A stretch of DNA of 64,000 nt from Oscillospiraceae bacterium (GCA_015069215.1 SVJC01000001.1:25896-89895), one strand, 5' to 3'; positions 1-9,788 are shown, counted from the stretch's first letter. The notes: generated from the letters alone by a model not told the origin. Program-made: numbers and translations.

Positions 1-257
1 AAATGCTTCGTTACGAGCTGCATGAGCTTCTCGTCACTAATCTCGTCGTTGCTGTAGCATGTTCCGACGATGGCATCCTCTCCAAGTCCGTCCTTGCCGG
101 CAACGACCGAGCAAAGATCGGGAATGTCAGTGTGGACTTCATCAGGTCCGAAGGATCTTGACGGCTCTGCCGGTGTGCCTGCCTTGCAGCCGCACTGTGC
201 AAAGACCATCGCGAGACCCATGCCCAATGCAAAGATTCTCTCGATGTTTTTCTTCAT
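1..257 (-). CDS. 5' part of a secreted/lipoprotein glycoside hydrolase, probably GH10 xylanase (runs off window start)
   Basis: Not in the ORF track. ATG at 257 with GGAGG RBS (261-266). Manual translation: MKKNIERIFALGMGLAMVFAQCGCKAG...AIVGTCYSNDEISDEKLMQLVTKH(F). It has a signal/lipobox-like N-terminus, and the ending resembles the GH10 strand-1 pattern leading into HFN.xT.ENE.K. Catalytic residues lie outside the window. Confidence 0.55.
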   Translation of the reverse strand, partial: MKKNIERIFALGMGLAMVFAQCGCKAGTPAEPSRSFGPDEVHTDIPDLCSVVAGKDGLGEDAIVGTCYSNDEISDEKLMQLVTKH

Positions 258-374
258 AATTCCTCCAAATAGTCATGAACTTCCGCCCGCTGTAAGGCAG
301 AATAAACTATTATAACTATATAAGGAAATAAGATAAATGAAGACCGACAAAATCTATCTGTTTGGGGGGCTTAT

Positions 375-1745
375 TTAATCTTCGGCGTCATCAACAACGC
401 GTTTGCCGAACCATTTTCGGCGGCGCCAGTGACTCAGGACGATAAGTCCCCTGATGCATTCGTCGGATGCGGTGCCTGCGAAAATACCCGCCACGCCGAA
501 TCCTAAGACGACTCCGTAGACGTATCCTCCGACGGCACCCAAGAGCACCATGGTAATGAGGCCGACGATCAGCGGATAGATATAATCTCCCGCAGCTTTG
601 AGGCTGCTTACGACAGTCATGTTAAGGCATCTGCCGATCTCGAGGAAGATGTCCACTGCCATTATCATAAAGCCGATCTTTATGATGTTCTCGTTTTTCG
701 TGAAGATCCTAAGCGTAAGAGGCGAAAGGGCCCAGTTGGCAGAGGATATGATTATGGTTATGGGAAGCGTGAGCTTGAGCGTCTGGAACACCCTCTTGTA
801 GGCTGCTTCCTCTTTTCCTGCACCGACTAAGTGTCCCGTGATTATCTGGGTCGCCATCGCGCTCGCGTTGGAAAAGACCATCGAGAAAGATATCAGTGAA
901 TTGCAAAAGACACGCGCGTTGACCGAATCGTCGCCCATCGGGTTAACGAAAGACAAGAGCACGAGCTGATACATGCTGTAAGCAAAGTTTTCGCCCGCTG
1001 AAGGCAGACCGATCCTTATCATCTTCCCTAACATCTTGCCGGGGAAAGGCGCCAGGAGCTTTAAGCTGAACTTTCCTATCTTCTTGCGGTAGAAGAACAC
1101 GATAGCGCAGATCAGGGCCACCACCCTTGCGGTCACGGTGGAAATGCCGACGCCTGCGACGCCGAGATCCAGGTATTTCAAAGGTCCGTATAAGAACAGA
1201 TAGTTGCCTCCGATGTTTATCAGGTTTATGGCAACCGAGATAAACATGCCTATCTTCGTATATCCGTTGCAGCGGAGGATCTGGAGCATTACGTTATATC
1301 CGGCCTGAAGGAAAAGTCCGCCGCCGACTATGTTGAGGTATGTGTGGACATCCGGGAGCATGCCTTCCGAGACATTGAGAAATGACGTTATAAGGCCTTT
1401 GCCGATAACGAGCAGAGACGAAAGGACGATTCCGAATACGATGTTTACCAGGAAAGCAAGAGTATATATCTTGTCCATCTCATCGTATTTTTTCGCGCCG
1501 AGGTACTGCGCGACCACTACAGATATTGCGGTCGCGATGATGTTGAACATGATGATGAAAAGAACCATGACCTGATTGGCATTGCCGACCGCTCCGGCCG
1601 AATTCTCGGAATAGTGGCTCAGCATCAGTGTGTCCATGTTATTGAGAAGGATGTTCAGGAGAAGCTCCAGGAACATCGGTCCCGCTATCACGAACAGTGA
1701 AGTCTTTTCATTTATGACCCGGATTCCGCCGGAATTCTTGCTCAT
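375..1745 (-). CDS. MATE family efflux transporter
   Basis: About 12 TM helices with MATE motifs (P..LE.LL..L...DT.M, G.NYLFLYG, LGVAG..IST, RIGLP). Start moved to ATG 1745, which has a GGAGG RBS. Confidence 0.92.
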   Translation of the reverse strand: MSKNSGGIRVINEKTSLFVIAGPMFLELLLNILLNNMDTLMLSHYSENSAGAVGNANQVMVLFIIMFNIIATAISVVVAQYLGAKKYDEMDKIYTLAFLVNIVFGIVLSSLLVIGKGLITSFLNVSEGMLPDVHTYLNIVGGGLFLQAGYNVMLQILRCNGYTKIGMFISVAINLINIGGNYLFLYGPLKYLDLGVAGVGISTVTARVVALICAIVFFYRKKIGKFSLKLLAPFPGKMLGKMIRIGLPSAGENFAYSMYQLVLLSFVNPMGDDSVNARVFCNSLISFSMVFSNASAMATQIITGHLVGAGKEEAAYKRVFQTLKLTLPITIIISSANWALSPLTLRIFTKNENIIKIGFMIMAVDIFLEIGRCLNMTVVSSLKAAGDYIYPLIVGLITMVLLGAVGGYVYGVVLGFGVAGIFAGTASDECIRGLIVLSHWRRRKWFGKRVVDDAED

Positions 1746-1873
1746 AATATTCCTCCAAAGCAATTTCGAGATTATACACTCAGAGAAAATATAGAAAAGC
1801 AAAATATGCAAAATCCCCCGATAAAGTAAAAATATCAGAGGATTATGCTACTTTCAGATTGTAAGTCCCTTAT

Positions 1874-2701
1874 TCAGAACTTCTGGATGATTACCTTGAT
1901 CGAAGGATCCGCATCCTGAATGATATATCTCATGACATCTTCGGGGATCGCAACGCAGCCGCCGGTATAAGGCTTGGTCCCCATGCAGTGGATAAAGATA
2001 GCTGAGCCCTTGCCGGGCTCGTTATTGGGATTGTAATCAGTGGCAAGACCGTAATTGTACTCAGGTGAGTAGTAGTACATCTGCTCGCCTTCAGAGCACT
2101 TATGGCCTGTCGTCTTTGCGTCGATGATGCGGTTATAGTACTTCTCACATCCGCAGGCATAAGTATCAGGCGTAACCTTCGTATAAACGAGCTTTGTGCC
2201 GGGATTGCTCTTGATCCCGAACGCGCCCCTTACACTGAAGACTCCGAGAGGCGTCATCGTATCGCCTTCCTTTGTCTTTCCGGGGCCGTTTAATCCGATG
2301 TAAGCATCGCATTCACGGGTGATCTTCCAGTTGACGTTTCCGTCTTCCGTAGTTTCCTTGACAAGATACTGTGCATGGGCCTTGGTGCCCTCCTCGCAGC
2401 GTACGAAAAGGACCTGCTTTACGGTCTCGTCAGAACGGAGCTTGAAGAGTTCCTCACGTACATCGAAATCCTGTCCGGGAAGCTTGCCGGATTCTGTTTC
2501 CTTGGTAGTCTCAACGGCAGCCGTGGTCTCAGAAACCGTCACCTCAGTCTCAGAAGTGGTCACAGTGACTGTCTCCGATACTGAAGGTGTCTCCATCGCA
2601 ACCGTCTCTTTACTCTCTTCCGGAGTCTGGGGTCTGCATGCCGTAGTCATGATGGTAACCGCCATTAAAGCAGCAAGTGCCATAACCTTAAATTCTTTCA
2701 T
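1874..2701 (-). CDS. L,D-transpeptidase (YkuD-like) lipoprotein
   Basis: Lipobox TTAC, T/E-rich linker, EGD..TP.G motif and catalytic IFIHC...YTGGCVAI. Confidence 0.85.
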   Translation of the reverse strand: MKEFKVMALAALMAVTIMTTACRPQTPEESKETVAMETPSVSETVTVTTSETEVTVSETTAAVETTKETESGKLPGQDFDVREELFKLRSDETVKQVLFVRCEEGTKAHAQYLVKETTEDGNVNWKITRECDAYIGLNGPGKTKEGDTMTPLGVFSVRGAFGIKSNPGTKLVYTKVTPDTYACGCEKYYNRIIDAKTTGHKCSEGEQMYYYSPEYNYGLATDYNPNNEPGKGSAIFIHCMGTKPYTGGCVAIPEDVMRYIIQDADPSIKVIIQKF

Positions 2702-2729
2702 GATGTTCTCCTTTGATATGTCAGGGTGA

Positions 2730-4508
2730 TCAGCGCTCGCGTCCGTTTATGCCGTCGCGTGCATGTATCTTCTGTTTTTCTTCGTACATCAGTTCATCTG
2801 CTCTCTCAAAGACTTCCTGATAGGACTTGTCCTTTTCGCGGTCAAACATGGCGCATCCGACTGAGAAAGAGACCCTTTCCTCGAGGACTTTGGAAGCCTC
2901 CCTCTCTTCTTCGAGCATCAGTCTCAGGTTATCGAGATGGTATTCAAGCCTTGCGTATTCAATACCGGAAGGCAATACCACAAACTCGTCTCCGCCGATC
3001 CTGAAAACGGCACTCATCGGGAACGCCTGACAAAGGAGATGGGCGGCTCTTCTCAAGACTTCATCGCCGGCCTTGTGACCCCTCGTGTCGTTGATTATCT
3101 TCAGGTAGTTAAGATCGCACATGATGACGGCAAATTCAGCGGTTCCGGCCTTTATCTGCTCGTCGATGTAACCGGTTGTGTCGTCGTACGCGGTCTTATT
3201 CTTAACATTCGTAAGTGAATCAGAATAAGCAAGGTTCTTCATGACAACGAGGTCACTTTGCTGCTGCTTCATCTTCTCTGCGGCCTTCTCGATACGGAGG
3301 TCCTGGGCAGCGGCGCGCGCCTTGTTGTCTTCCTCTCTGGCACGGATCTTGTCTATTGCCAGACGGAATGCTTTTGATAATTCACCAACCTCGTTATTTT
3401 TCTCAGGCGGCAATAAGACATCGTAGTCGCCATTACTTATCTCATGAGCAGCGGCAGTGATCTTTCTGAGAGGATCCGTAATGCGGTTGGCCATTATGGC
3501 TGCAACGGCTGCAAAAATAACTGCCAGGGCAAACGTTACGATGATCATAATGTTTACCAGTTGGTTCCTTTCATCGAAAATGCTTTCATAGCTGTCACAA
3601 AGAACGAGCTTCATCCCGTTTCTGAGCGTCGTAAAAGCCATGACACGGTCACCGTCTTTGAAATTATAACGGATCAGCTTATCTCCGGTCACACTTGCCT
3701 TCATAAGCTCACCGTTCTCGACCAGTTCATCCATTTCGTCACCATGAATGTTCTCATTTTTGAGGAAAGCCGGATGATAATGAACGCTTCCGTCCGCTTC
3801 TTTCAGATACACGTAGCCGGTCTCGTTATATCTTATCGTGTCGAGTTTACTAAGAAGCCTTTCAAAGCTTATATCGATACCGATGACCGCAACCGGAGTA
3901 CCGTCAATAAAGACAGGCTGGACGTACGAGATCAGATACATGCCGATGCTGTCGTCAAAATAAGGCTTCGTCCAGGTGGCTTTCTTGTTTCTTATCGGTC
4001 CGTAATACCAATAATCCGCAGACGAATCCTCAGGTATCTCTGCCTGAGTAAAGGGTATTTTCTTATATTTTCCGTTCGCATCACGGCTGTAATATACTCC
4101 TTCTTCGCGGTCCACGGCGCCGGTGATGTCGATGGAGTAATGGATATAGACACTTTCGATAACGTCATTTTCCTCAGTCATGAACGTGAGCAGATTGTCC
4201 ACGTCATCGATCACGGCATCACGTGTCTTAACATCATCTTTGAATGAGTTAAGATCGGGGATCTTACTGTAAGTCCATTTCGAGAGCGAGCCTACTGCAT
4301 CTTCTATCCTGATAAGCTCCTTATTGATGTCATCACCTTTTTCACTGCAAAACAGATTCATGTGGGAAGATGCATCCTTGGTGAGCGTGTTGCTCATGAG
4401 GATCGCGCTGAGGGTAACGAGAACGGTGGCAAGGCAAAAGATCCCGATGATTATCAGGAGCATCAGTCTTCTGCTTATGGATGAAAAGAATCCTTTTTTA
4501 TTCTTCAT
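2730..4508 (-). CDS. Cache-HAMP-GGDEF diguanylate cyclase
   Basis: Two TMs flanking a Cache-like region (WT.PYFD, ISYV.P, GIDI), a HAMP domain (NEVGEL) and intact RIGGDEF. Confidence 0.9.
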   Translation of the reverse strand: MKNKKGFFSSISRRLMLLIIIGIFCLATVLVTLSAILMSNTLTKDASSHMNLFCSEKGDDINKELIRIEDAVGSLSKWTYSKIPDLNSFKDDVKTRDAVIDDVDNLLTFMTEENDVIESVYIHYSIDITGAVDREEGVYYSRDANGKYKKIPFTQAEIPEDSSADYWYYGPIRNKKATWTKPYFDDSIGMYLISYVQPVFIDGTPVAVIGIDISFERLLSKLDTIRYNETGYVYLKEADGSVHYHPAFLKNENIHGDEMDELVENGELMKASVTGDKLIRYNFKDGDRVMAFTTLRNGMKLVLCDSYESIFDERNQLVNIMIIVTFALAVIFAAVAAIMANRITDPLRKITAAAHEISNGDYDVLLPPEKNNEVGELSKAFRLAIDKIRAREEDNKARAAAQDLRIEKAAEKMKQQQSDLVVMKNLAYSDSLTNVKNKTAYDDTTGYIDEQIKAGTAEFAVIMCDLNYLKIINDTRGHKAGDEVLRRAAHLLCQAFPMSAVFRIGGDEFVVLPSGIEYARLEYHLDNLRLMLEEEREASKVLEERVSFSVGCAMFDREKDKSYQEVFERADELMYEEKQKIHARDGINGRER

Positions 4509-4577
4509 TACTTCTTGCCTTAATCAAAAATTATTAAGAACACCCTTATGCCTTATTATAATACTTTATTCGGGCAA

Positions 4578-4611
4578 GAAAAACCCCGGACGCCGATACG
4601 GCATCCAGGGT
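4578..4611 (-). terminator. Rho-independent terminator of trpB2
   Basis: Minus strand CCCTGGATGCCG-tat-CGGCGTCCGGGG followed by TTTTTCTT, just after the trpB2 stop. Confidence 0.8.
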
Positions 4612-4634
4612 GAAAACACACAATTAATCAATGA

Positions 4635-6002
4635 TCATTCAACGTTAGGAAGCGTTGCGAATCCCTTTTCGAGATCCTCGTCGGTAGGGATGAAGTCGTT
4701 CATCTTACCGTCGTGGTATGCCTGATATGCAGTCATGTCGAAGTAGCCTGTACCGGTGAGGTTGAACAGGATCGTCTTAGCTTCGCCGGATTCCTTGCAC
4801 TTGAGAGCCTCGTCGATCGCAGCACGGATGGCGTGTGAAGACTCAGGCGCAGGAAGGATCGTCTCTGTTCTCGCAAAGAGCGTAGCAGCCTCGAAAACCT
4901 TTGTCTGCTCGACAGCGACAGCCCTCATGTAACCGTCGTGATAGAGCTGTGAAACAATGGGAGACATACCGTGATATCTCAGGCCGCCTGCGTGTGAAGG
5001 TGAAGGCATGAACTCGGAACCCAGTGTGTACATCTTGCCGAGAGGGCAAACGTGACCTGTGTCGCAGAAATCGTATGCAAATCTTCCCCTTGTAAGTGAA
5101 GGGCAGGAAGCAGGCTCAACGGCGATGATCTCGGGATCCTTCTTGCCTGTGAGCTTGTCTCTCATGAATGCTGACATGATGCCGCCAAGGTTGGATCCGC
5201 CGCCTGCGCAGCCGATTACGATGTCAGGATACTCGCCGGCCTTCTCCATCTGGAGATAAGCCTCTTCACCGATGATGGACTGGTGAAGGAGGACCTGGTT
5301 AAGAACTGAACCCAGTACGTATCTGCTGTTGGGAGTATGTGTAGCCTTCTCGACAGCCTCGGAGATAGCGCATCCCAGGGATCCGCCTGTTCCGGGGAAC
5401 TTTGCGAGGATCCGGCGTCCAACTTCAGTCGTATCGGAAGGTGAAGGAATGATGTCAGCTCCGAATGACTGGATAACGGACTTTCTGAAAGGCTTCTGCT
5501 CGTAGGAGCACTTAACCATGTAAACCGTGAGCGGGATATGGAAGAATGCGCTTGCCATTGCAAGAGCCGTTCCCCACTGGCCTGCACCGGTCTCAGTCGT
5601 GATCGAATCAAGACCCTGCTTCTTGGCATAGTAAACCTGTGCTGCTGCAGAGTTGAGCTTGTGGGAACCTGATGTGTTGTTACCCTCGAATTTGTAGTAG
5701 ATGTGGGCGGGCGTGCCGAGCTCCTTCTCGAGCTGGTAAGCACGGATCAAAGGTGAAGGTCTGAAGATCTTGTAGAACTCGATAACTTCCTCAGGAATGT
5801 CAATGTAGCGTGTATCGTTGTCCAGTTCCTGCTTGCAGAGCTCTTCGCAGAAGATGGGTGACATCTGCTCAACAGTAAGAGGCTCATGCGTAGCGGGATG
5901 GATCAGAGGTGCGGGTTTGTTCTTCATGTCCGCACGGACGTTATACCATTGCTTCGGCATCTCATCTTCCGTCAGAAAAATTCTCTTTGCTTTGTCTGCC
6001 AT
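4635..6002 (-). CDS. trpB2: TrpB-like PLP enzyme (tryptophan synthase beta, TrpB2 type)
   Basis: SGSHKLN (PLP Lys), TETGAGQWG, GCAGGGSN, HAGGLRYHG, PAPESSHA and the long N-terminus typical of TrpB2. No trpA is adjacent. Confidence 0.93.
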   Translation of the reverse strand: MADKAKRIFLTEDEMPKQWYNVRADMKNKPAPLIHPATHEPLTVEQMSPIFCEELCKQELDNDTRYIDIPEEVIEFYKIFRPSPLIRAYQLEKELGTPAHIYYKFEGNNTSGSHKLNSAAAQVYYAKKQGLDSITTETGAGQWGTALAMASAFFHIPLTVYMVKCSYEQKPFRKSVIQSFGADIIPSPSDTTEVGRRILAKFPGTGGSLGCAISEAVEKATHTPNSRYVLGSVLNQVLLHQSIIGEEAYLQMEKAGEYPDIVIGCAGGGSNLGGIMSAFMRDKLTGKKDPEIIAVEPASCPSLTRGRFAYDFCDTGHVCPLGKMYTLGSEFMPSPSHAGGLRYHGMSPIVSQLYHDGYMRAVAVEQTKVFEAATLFARTETILPAPESSHAIRAAIDEALKCKESGEAKTILFNLTGTGYFDMTAYQAYHDGKMNDFIPTDEDLEKGFATLPNVE

Positions 6003-6081
6003 AATGGGCTCCTTTCATCCTGGCGGCAAGATGTTGGCCTTACGGAAAGCATGGTGTTTGTTATTTACTTTCCGTCGCAAT

Positions 6082-6350
6082 AAAAAAGTCCTGTGCCTAA
6101 AAAGACACAGGACAGAATATACTGCGGTACCACCTGTTTTGACTGCCGGGTTCTATGAGGTTGGCAGTCCACTCCGGTTCACGTTCCAACAAACGTGCTC
6201 TGCGGATAACGGGAGAGTTCCCGTCGGGCCATTTCCTGCCCGCCCGTCATCGGATCCATTCTCCGGCACCTCAGATCCGCAATCCCACCATCTGCGGCTC
6301 TCTCGTTCTTCGGTGTTCCCCGGGTACTATTTCCGAGTCATTCGGTTTAA
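6082..6350 (-). ncRNA. Trp-specific T-box riboswitch with terminator
   Basis: Minus strand: GA motif GGAAATAGTACC, AGAGAGC and GATGGTGGGA boxes, specifier GAA-TGG-A (UGG at 6256-6258), T-box AAACAGGTGGTACCGC (GGTGGTACCGC core 6124-6134), terminator GTCCTGTGTC/GGCACAGGAC plus T6 (6082-6113). Confidence 0.92.
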
Positions 6351-6358
6351 CAATGACA

Positions 6359-6388
6359 AATATACCGCCTGTCGGCAATACTTGTCAA
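6359..6388 (-). promoter_or_regulatory. sigma-A type promoter of the T-box-trpB2 unit
   Basis: TTGACA (6388-6383), 18-nt spacer, TATATT (6364-6359). Confidence 0.7.
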
Positions 6389-6402
6389 TATGTTTTGCGG
6401 TG

Positions 6403-7422
6403 TCAGATGCTCTCCTTGGCTTTTTCGAGGGCTTCTATCACGCGGTCGCACCAGCGGTCGAATTCGGGATCTTCCTCGCGGCACTCCGGATGGTCAAGAA
6501 CGTACTTGAGCGCGATCCTGACGCCTTTGTGGAAAGGAACCGTCGTCTTCATGTCAGGCGCAAGGCGCTTAAGCTTGCTGTTATCGAAAACGACTGACAC
6601 GGACTTGTCTCCGGTCAGGCTTCCCTCGAAATCGAAGCCGTACTTGTCGCCTGCATCAGACAGGAACTTCGATGAAACATAGTACGGATTGAGCGTTACT
6701 CCGAGAGCATCCGCGATCGTCTGATAGATCTGATCCCATGTAAGGACCTCGTCGCCCGTGATCTGGAAAGCCTCGCCGATCGCGTGGCGGTTGCCGATCA
6801 GGGCGGTAAATCCTACTGCGAAATCCTCATTGAAGGTAAGGTGCCAGAGTGATGAACCGTCACCCTGGATGATGACCGGCTTGCCGTCCATCATGCGCTT
6901 GATGACCTGCCAGAAGCCCTTCTTTCCGTGGACTCCCAGAGGGATGTGCTTTTCATCGTAGGTGTGGCTGGGTCTTACGATCGTTACGGGGAATCCCTCT
7001 TCCCTGTACTTCTTCATAAGGAACTCCTCGCAGGCGATCTTGTCCCTGGAATACTGCCAGTGGGGATTTGCAAGAGCCGTTCCCTCAGTGATCACATAGC
7101 CGGCTGCGGGTTTATGGTAAGCGGAAGCAGAGCTGATGTAGATATACTGTCTTGTCTTTTCCTTGAAGAGCCTGTAGTCTCTTTCAACCTGTTCAGGGAC
7201 AAAACCGATGAACTCGCATACCGTATCAAAGGTGTAATCCTTGACCGCTTCAGCTACGGCAGCCTCATCATTAACGTCAACGGTGATCTGGTGAACTCCT
7301 TCGGGAGCCGGGTTATTGCCGCGGTTTAAGAGCCAGACTTCGTAATTCTCGTCTGACGCGAGTCTCCTGACGATCGCGCTGCTTATCTGTCCTGTTCCGC
7401 CTATGAATAATACTTTCAACAT
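6403..7422 (-). CDS. NAD-dependent epimerase/dehydratase (extended SDR)
   Basis: MLKVLFIGGTGQIS Rossmann motif, YIYISSAS and YSRDK (YxxxK). Start at ATG 7422 after an AAGGGGG RBS. Confidence 0.88.
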   Translation of the reverse strand: MLKVLFIGGTGQISSAIVRRLASDENYEVWLLNRGNNPAPEGVHQITVDVNDEAAVAEAVKDYTFDTVCEFIGFVPEQVERDYRLFKEKTRQYIYISSASAYHKPAAGYVITEGTALANPHWQYSRDKIACEEFLMKKYREEGFPVTIVRPSHTYDEKHIPLGVHGKKGFWQVIKRMMDGKPVIIQGDGSSLWHLTFNEDFAVGFTALIGNRHAIGEAFQITGDEVLTWDQIYQTIADALGVTLNPYYVSSKFLSDAGDKYGFDFEGSLTGDKSVSVVFDNSKLKRLAPDMKTTVPFHKGVRIALKYVLDHPECREEDPEFDRWCDRVIEALEKAKESI

Positions 7423-7540
7423 GGCCAAATCCCCCTTTTTTGAAAAGAATACAACTGCCGCCGCAGAGGTGTAAACCAAATCAGGAGCATTGCACCGATT
7501 TTTCACACTTTTTCGGGAAATAGGGTACACTTGTAACGTT

Positions 7541-8107
7541 ATGATCTACATATTGAGACACGGAAAAACCGAATGGAACATCCTCCGCAAGCTTCAGGGA
7601 AAGACTGACATCCCGCTTTGCGATGAGGGAAGGAAGATGGCCGAAGACGCTGCTAAGAAATATGCAGACGTCCATTTTGACATCTGTTACTCTTCCCCGC
7701 TCATCAGAGCCAAGGAAACCGCGGAGATAATCCTCAAGGGCCGCGATGTCCCGATCCTGACCGATGACAGACTTCAGGAAATGGGCTTCGGCGAATATGA
7801 GGGAATCGAAAGAAGCTTCGAGATCCCTGATTGTCCCATCAATGTTCTTTTCCAGCATCCCGAAAAATACATCGAGCCGGTTGGCGGTGCAGAAAGCCTT
7901 GATGAACTCTATGAACGCACCGGAAGCTTTATCAATGAGGTAATAATTCCCCTTCACAAAGCCGGCAAAGATGTCCTAATCGTAGGCCACGGCGCCTTGA
8001 ATTCATGTATCCTGACCCAGGTAAAAGGCCTTCCCCGCAAGGATTTCTGGAGTCACGGACTAGTGCAGTGCAAACTTATGACATTGTTTGAGGAACCCCA
8101 AGATTAA
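7541..8107 (+). CDS. Histidine phosphatase (phosphoglycerate mutase superfamily)
   Basis: LRHGKTEWN, YSSPLIRAKETA, GGAES and VLIVGHG. Confidence 0.9.
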   Translation: MIYILRHGKTEWNILRKLQGKTDIPLCDEGRKMAEDAAKKYADVHFDICYSSPLIRAKETAEIILKGRDVPILTDDRLQEMGFGEYEGIERSFEIPDCPINVLFQHPEKYIEPVGGAESLDELYERTGSFINEVIIPLHKAGKDVLIVGHGALNSCILTQVKGLPRKDFWSHGLVQCKLMTLFEEPQD

Positions 8108-8171
8108 GCGCTTTTCTCGCGGACTTCCGCACAAGCGAAGCGCGGAGGACTGTAGCGAGGAAAACGCTTAA
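8104..8171. terminator. Long branched hairpin between convergent genes (bidirectional terminator or REP-like)
   Basis: Outer arms TTAAGCG(C)TTTTCTCGC / GCGAGGAAAACGCTTAA enclose inner arms CTTCCGC / GCGGAGG. Confidence 0.55.
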
Positions 8172-9550
8172 TTGGCTTTGACTAAATTCTTTACCCACAT
8201 TCCAGATCTAACAAATAAGAACGCAATAAAGCACTTGATGACTTCAAGTCCATTGACGACCGCAAGCATCCAGGTAACGCTGAGATCCGTATAACGGCTC
8301 ATGAAGAATGCGGCGGAGACTGCGATGGCCCATGTGTAGATACTGTCGAAAAGCACTGTGATGAGCGTGTTTCCGCCTGATCTTATGATGAAGTATGAAG
8401 CATGCGTATATGCCACGAAAGGCATCGCGCAGGCTGCGATCAGGATGAAGCCCGAAGCAAGGGATCTGATCTCGTCAGACGTGTTGTAAAGCAGCGGAAA
8501 GAACGGCGAGATGGCAGCCATTATCGCAGCGAAGAACACGCCGCAGGCAACTGTGAACCAGCGCATCGTATCAGCTTTCTGCCTTGCGGTATCAAGTTCA
8601 CCCGAACCCAGGATGTGGCCCATCATGATGCCGACTGCCTCACCCATTGCAAGGAAAGACACGCCCATGACGTTCCAGATGGTCGACTGTATGTTCATCG
8701 CAGCAACCGCATCCAGACTTCTGTATGAATAACTCTGGTTGATGACGGTCATTCCGAGTGACCAGAGTGTCTCATTTAACATAAGGGGCAGTGACTTAAG
8801 GATAAACTTTCCGACAAGATCGACCGGTACCTTGAAGTTTTTGAAGGCACCCTTGATGAACGGGAACATCTTTGAATGTCTGCCTGTATAAATGATCAGG
8901 ATCGCCAATTCAACAAATCTTGAGATTACGGTCGCAATGGCGGCACCGTCTGCGCCAAGAGCCGGAAGACCCAGCTTTCCATAGATCAAAAGCCAGTTGC
9001 CGACAAGGTTTACAAGGATCGCGCATATCGATGCGTACATGGGAACTCTGGTCGATCCGAGGTCACGGAGCGTACCCGCATATGCCTGTGTGAGCCCGAC
9101 CGGGACAAGGCTGATGAGGATAATACGCATGTAGCTGATGCCGATCTTAAGCGTCTCGGCTGCATCGGCAGGATCACCCTCTCCCAAAAGGAAAAGGTTG
9201 ATGAGAGTAGGCGCGAGCATCAATAATACGCATGTGCATACGGCCGCAAGGAGCGTGTTGAATACTATCTTGAAACGGAAGGTGTAACGGATGCCTTCGT
9301 TATCGCCGTTACCCTTGTACTGTGCCGTAAAGATACCGGCACCGGCAGTGGCGCCGAAAATGACAAGAAAGAATACGAACATCAGCTGGTTTGCAATCGC
9401 AACGCCTGAAAGCGCATTAGTACCGACCTTCCCGATCATGAGATTGTCGAGGAGGTTAACGAAATTGGATATTCCGTTCTGCACCATCATGGGTATTGCG
9501 ATGGCGAGGAGCATCCTGATATAAGATCTTTCGTTCTTAGCTTTAGTCAT
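8168..9550 (-). CDS. MATE family efflux transporter
   Basis: IAIPMMVQN, LDNLMIG, GNWLLIYG and LGADGAAIATVISR motifs; about 12 TMs. Confidence 0.92.
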   Translation of the reverse strand: MTKAKNERSYIRMLLAIAIPMMVQNGISNFVNLLDNLMIGKVGTNALSGVAIANQLMFVFFLVIFGATAGAGIFTAQYKGNGDNEGIRYTFRFKIVFNTLLAAVCTCVLLMLAPTLINLFLLGEGDPADAAETLKIGISYMRIILISLVPVGLTQAYAGTLRDLGSTRVPMYASICAILVNLVGNWLLIYGKLGLPALGADGAAIATVISRFVELAILIIYTGRHSKMFPFIKGAFKNFKVPVDLVGKFILKSLPLMLNETLWSLGMTVINQSYSYRSLDAVAAMNIQSTIWNVMGVSFLAMGEAVGIMMGHILGSGELDTARQKADTMRWFTVACGVFFAAIMAAISPFFPLLYNTSDEIRSLASGFILIAACAMPFVAYTHASYFIIRSGGNTLITVLFDSIYTWAIAVSAAFFMSRYTDLSVTWMLAVVNGLEVIKCFIAFLFVRSGMWVKNLVKAN

Positions 9551-9657
9551 GTTTTTCTTTCTTATCTGAAGTCAGTTCGAGCATTGTATCAAAAGCCGTG
9601 ATGGTTAACAACATCATTTTATGCTCAGCTTTTCGGGGCAGAGCGGCTTCAGATGGC

Positions 9658-9781
9658 GGAACACAATTCGGGACACGTATTTATCAGATTACGTGTCCCG
9701 TTTCGTGAATATCTCTTTGAATTCACATTTTGGAACACGGATCTGGTCATTTTCGTGTCCCATTTCGTGAATATTAAAATA
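9658..9781. repeat. Two tandem 62-nt palindromic units (element A)
   Basis: CGGGACACGTA/TACGTGTCCCG inverted repeat (9669-9700). CGTGTCCCRTTTCGTGAATAT occurs at 9692 and 9754 with 1 mismatch in 21. Half-sites are spaced 12 nt apart. Confidence 0.8.
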
Positions 9782-9788
9782 GGCTGGA

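Noticed and set aside
3444-6597. Long opposite-strand ORFs (3444-4247, 5818-6597; likewise 17067-17792, 32193-33242, 39739-40302, 63318-63950)
   Set aside because: These are shadow frames of well-supported genes or of the T-box, with no RBS, no motifs and atypical composition.
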